Origin: Amoebidium appalachense
Lineage: Eukaryota > Protista > Ichthyosporea
Assembly (NCBI GenBank): GCA_963693365.1
Contig: CAVNZM010000111.1
Span: 1-7,383 of the forward strand
Direction of reading: 5' to 3'
Length of the DNA stretch: 7,383 nt
The position numbers and the translations under genes were made by a program. Of the stretch, positions 7,052 through 7,383 are shown piece by piece (position 1 is the stretch's first letter; the number at the start of each line of letters is the position of its first letter). The notes under the pieces are model-generated. The model ran no database searches. It was given only the letters and a program-made list of their open reading frames with translations, and was not told the origin of the DNA.

Positions 7052-7168
7052 AAATCATAAAATTACCCCTCCCTAGTTACATGCCTAGAATAAGAGTAGA
7101 GAGAGATATCTAATTATCATACACCCACCCTATATCTCAAAATACCCCTATATACAAAGCTTCAAGTA

Positions 7169-7197
7169 AGAAGAAGAGAGGAGGGGGGCGAGATGAA
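7169..7197 (-). repeat. Right terminal inverted repeat
   Basis: AGAAGAAGAGAGGAGGGGGGCGAGATGAA is the reverse complement of 1-28 (27 of 29 positions). Composition changes just after it. Confidence 0.9.
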
Positions 7198-7383
7198 ATA
7201 ACTAGACTGGGCCCCCCGAACTAGATGTGTCTGATGGTGATAGCAAATGTCATTCGAAGAACAATCAGGAAACCCATTAGTGTGACAACCAATCAGAATG
7301 AAGCAACGGCAGCCTGAGCCTGCGGCGCTACAGCCACTGCTCACTGCATCAATGATCGGTTTTACGCAAATGTAGTTTTGGCG
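7198..7383. other. Higher-GC flank outside the right TIR (unrelated DNA or chimeric join)
   Basis: Hand count gives 87 G+C in 7201-7380 (~48%), against a strongly AT-rich interior. None of the repeat families appear here. Confidence 0.5.

Larger units (their letters stand above)
1..7197. other. TIR-bounded unit of mitochondrial-derived pseudogenes and repeats; putative linear mitochondrial minichromosome or a copy of one
   Basis: It has TIRs, mirrored subterminal repeats (190-280 vs 6922-7012) and inward-facing 39-bp motifs. The interior holds only cox3, cox1, nad6-like and intron debris. No transposase or polymerase is recognisable. Confidence 0.55.

Noticed and set aside
1-7197. Autonomous DNA transposon, Polinton or linear plasmid (invertron)
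   Set aside because: No transposase, integrase, family B DNA polymerase or phage-type RNA polymerase remnant is recognisable. A non-autonomous element that captured mtDNA cannot be fully excluded without the left flank.
7162-7344. 60-aa minus-strand ORF
   Set aside because: It crosses the flank/TIR junction and has no recognisable domain.

Overview
This is an AT-rich window with no intact gene. Bases 1 to about 7197 form one unit bounded by terminal inverted repeats (1-28 vs 7169-7197). Both ends share subterminal repeat families, and a conserved 39-bp GC-rich motif occurs five times. The interior is decayed mitochondrial DNA read with TGA=Trp. It holds a probable nad6 5' fragment, a cox3 pseudogene, collinear cox1 exon scraps around a group I intron core, possible LAGLIDADG scraps, and a degenerate mitochondrial-lineage group II intron RT/maturase (YADD changed to YADN, RT3-4 deleted). 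Several tandem arrays (20, 27, 35, ~149 and 168 bp) are also present. The last ~185 bp are more GC-rich and look unrelated. My best reading (inference) is a gene-less linear mitochondrial minichromosome from a multipartite mitogenome, similar in architecture to that described for the ichthyosporean Amoebidium parasiticum. It could instead be a nuclear or chimeric copy of such a molecule. All protein assignments are by-eye motif recognition, not database searches.
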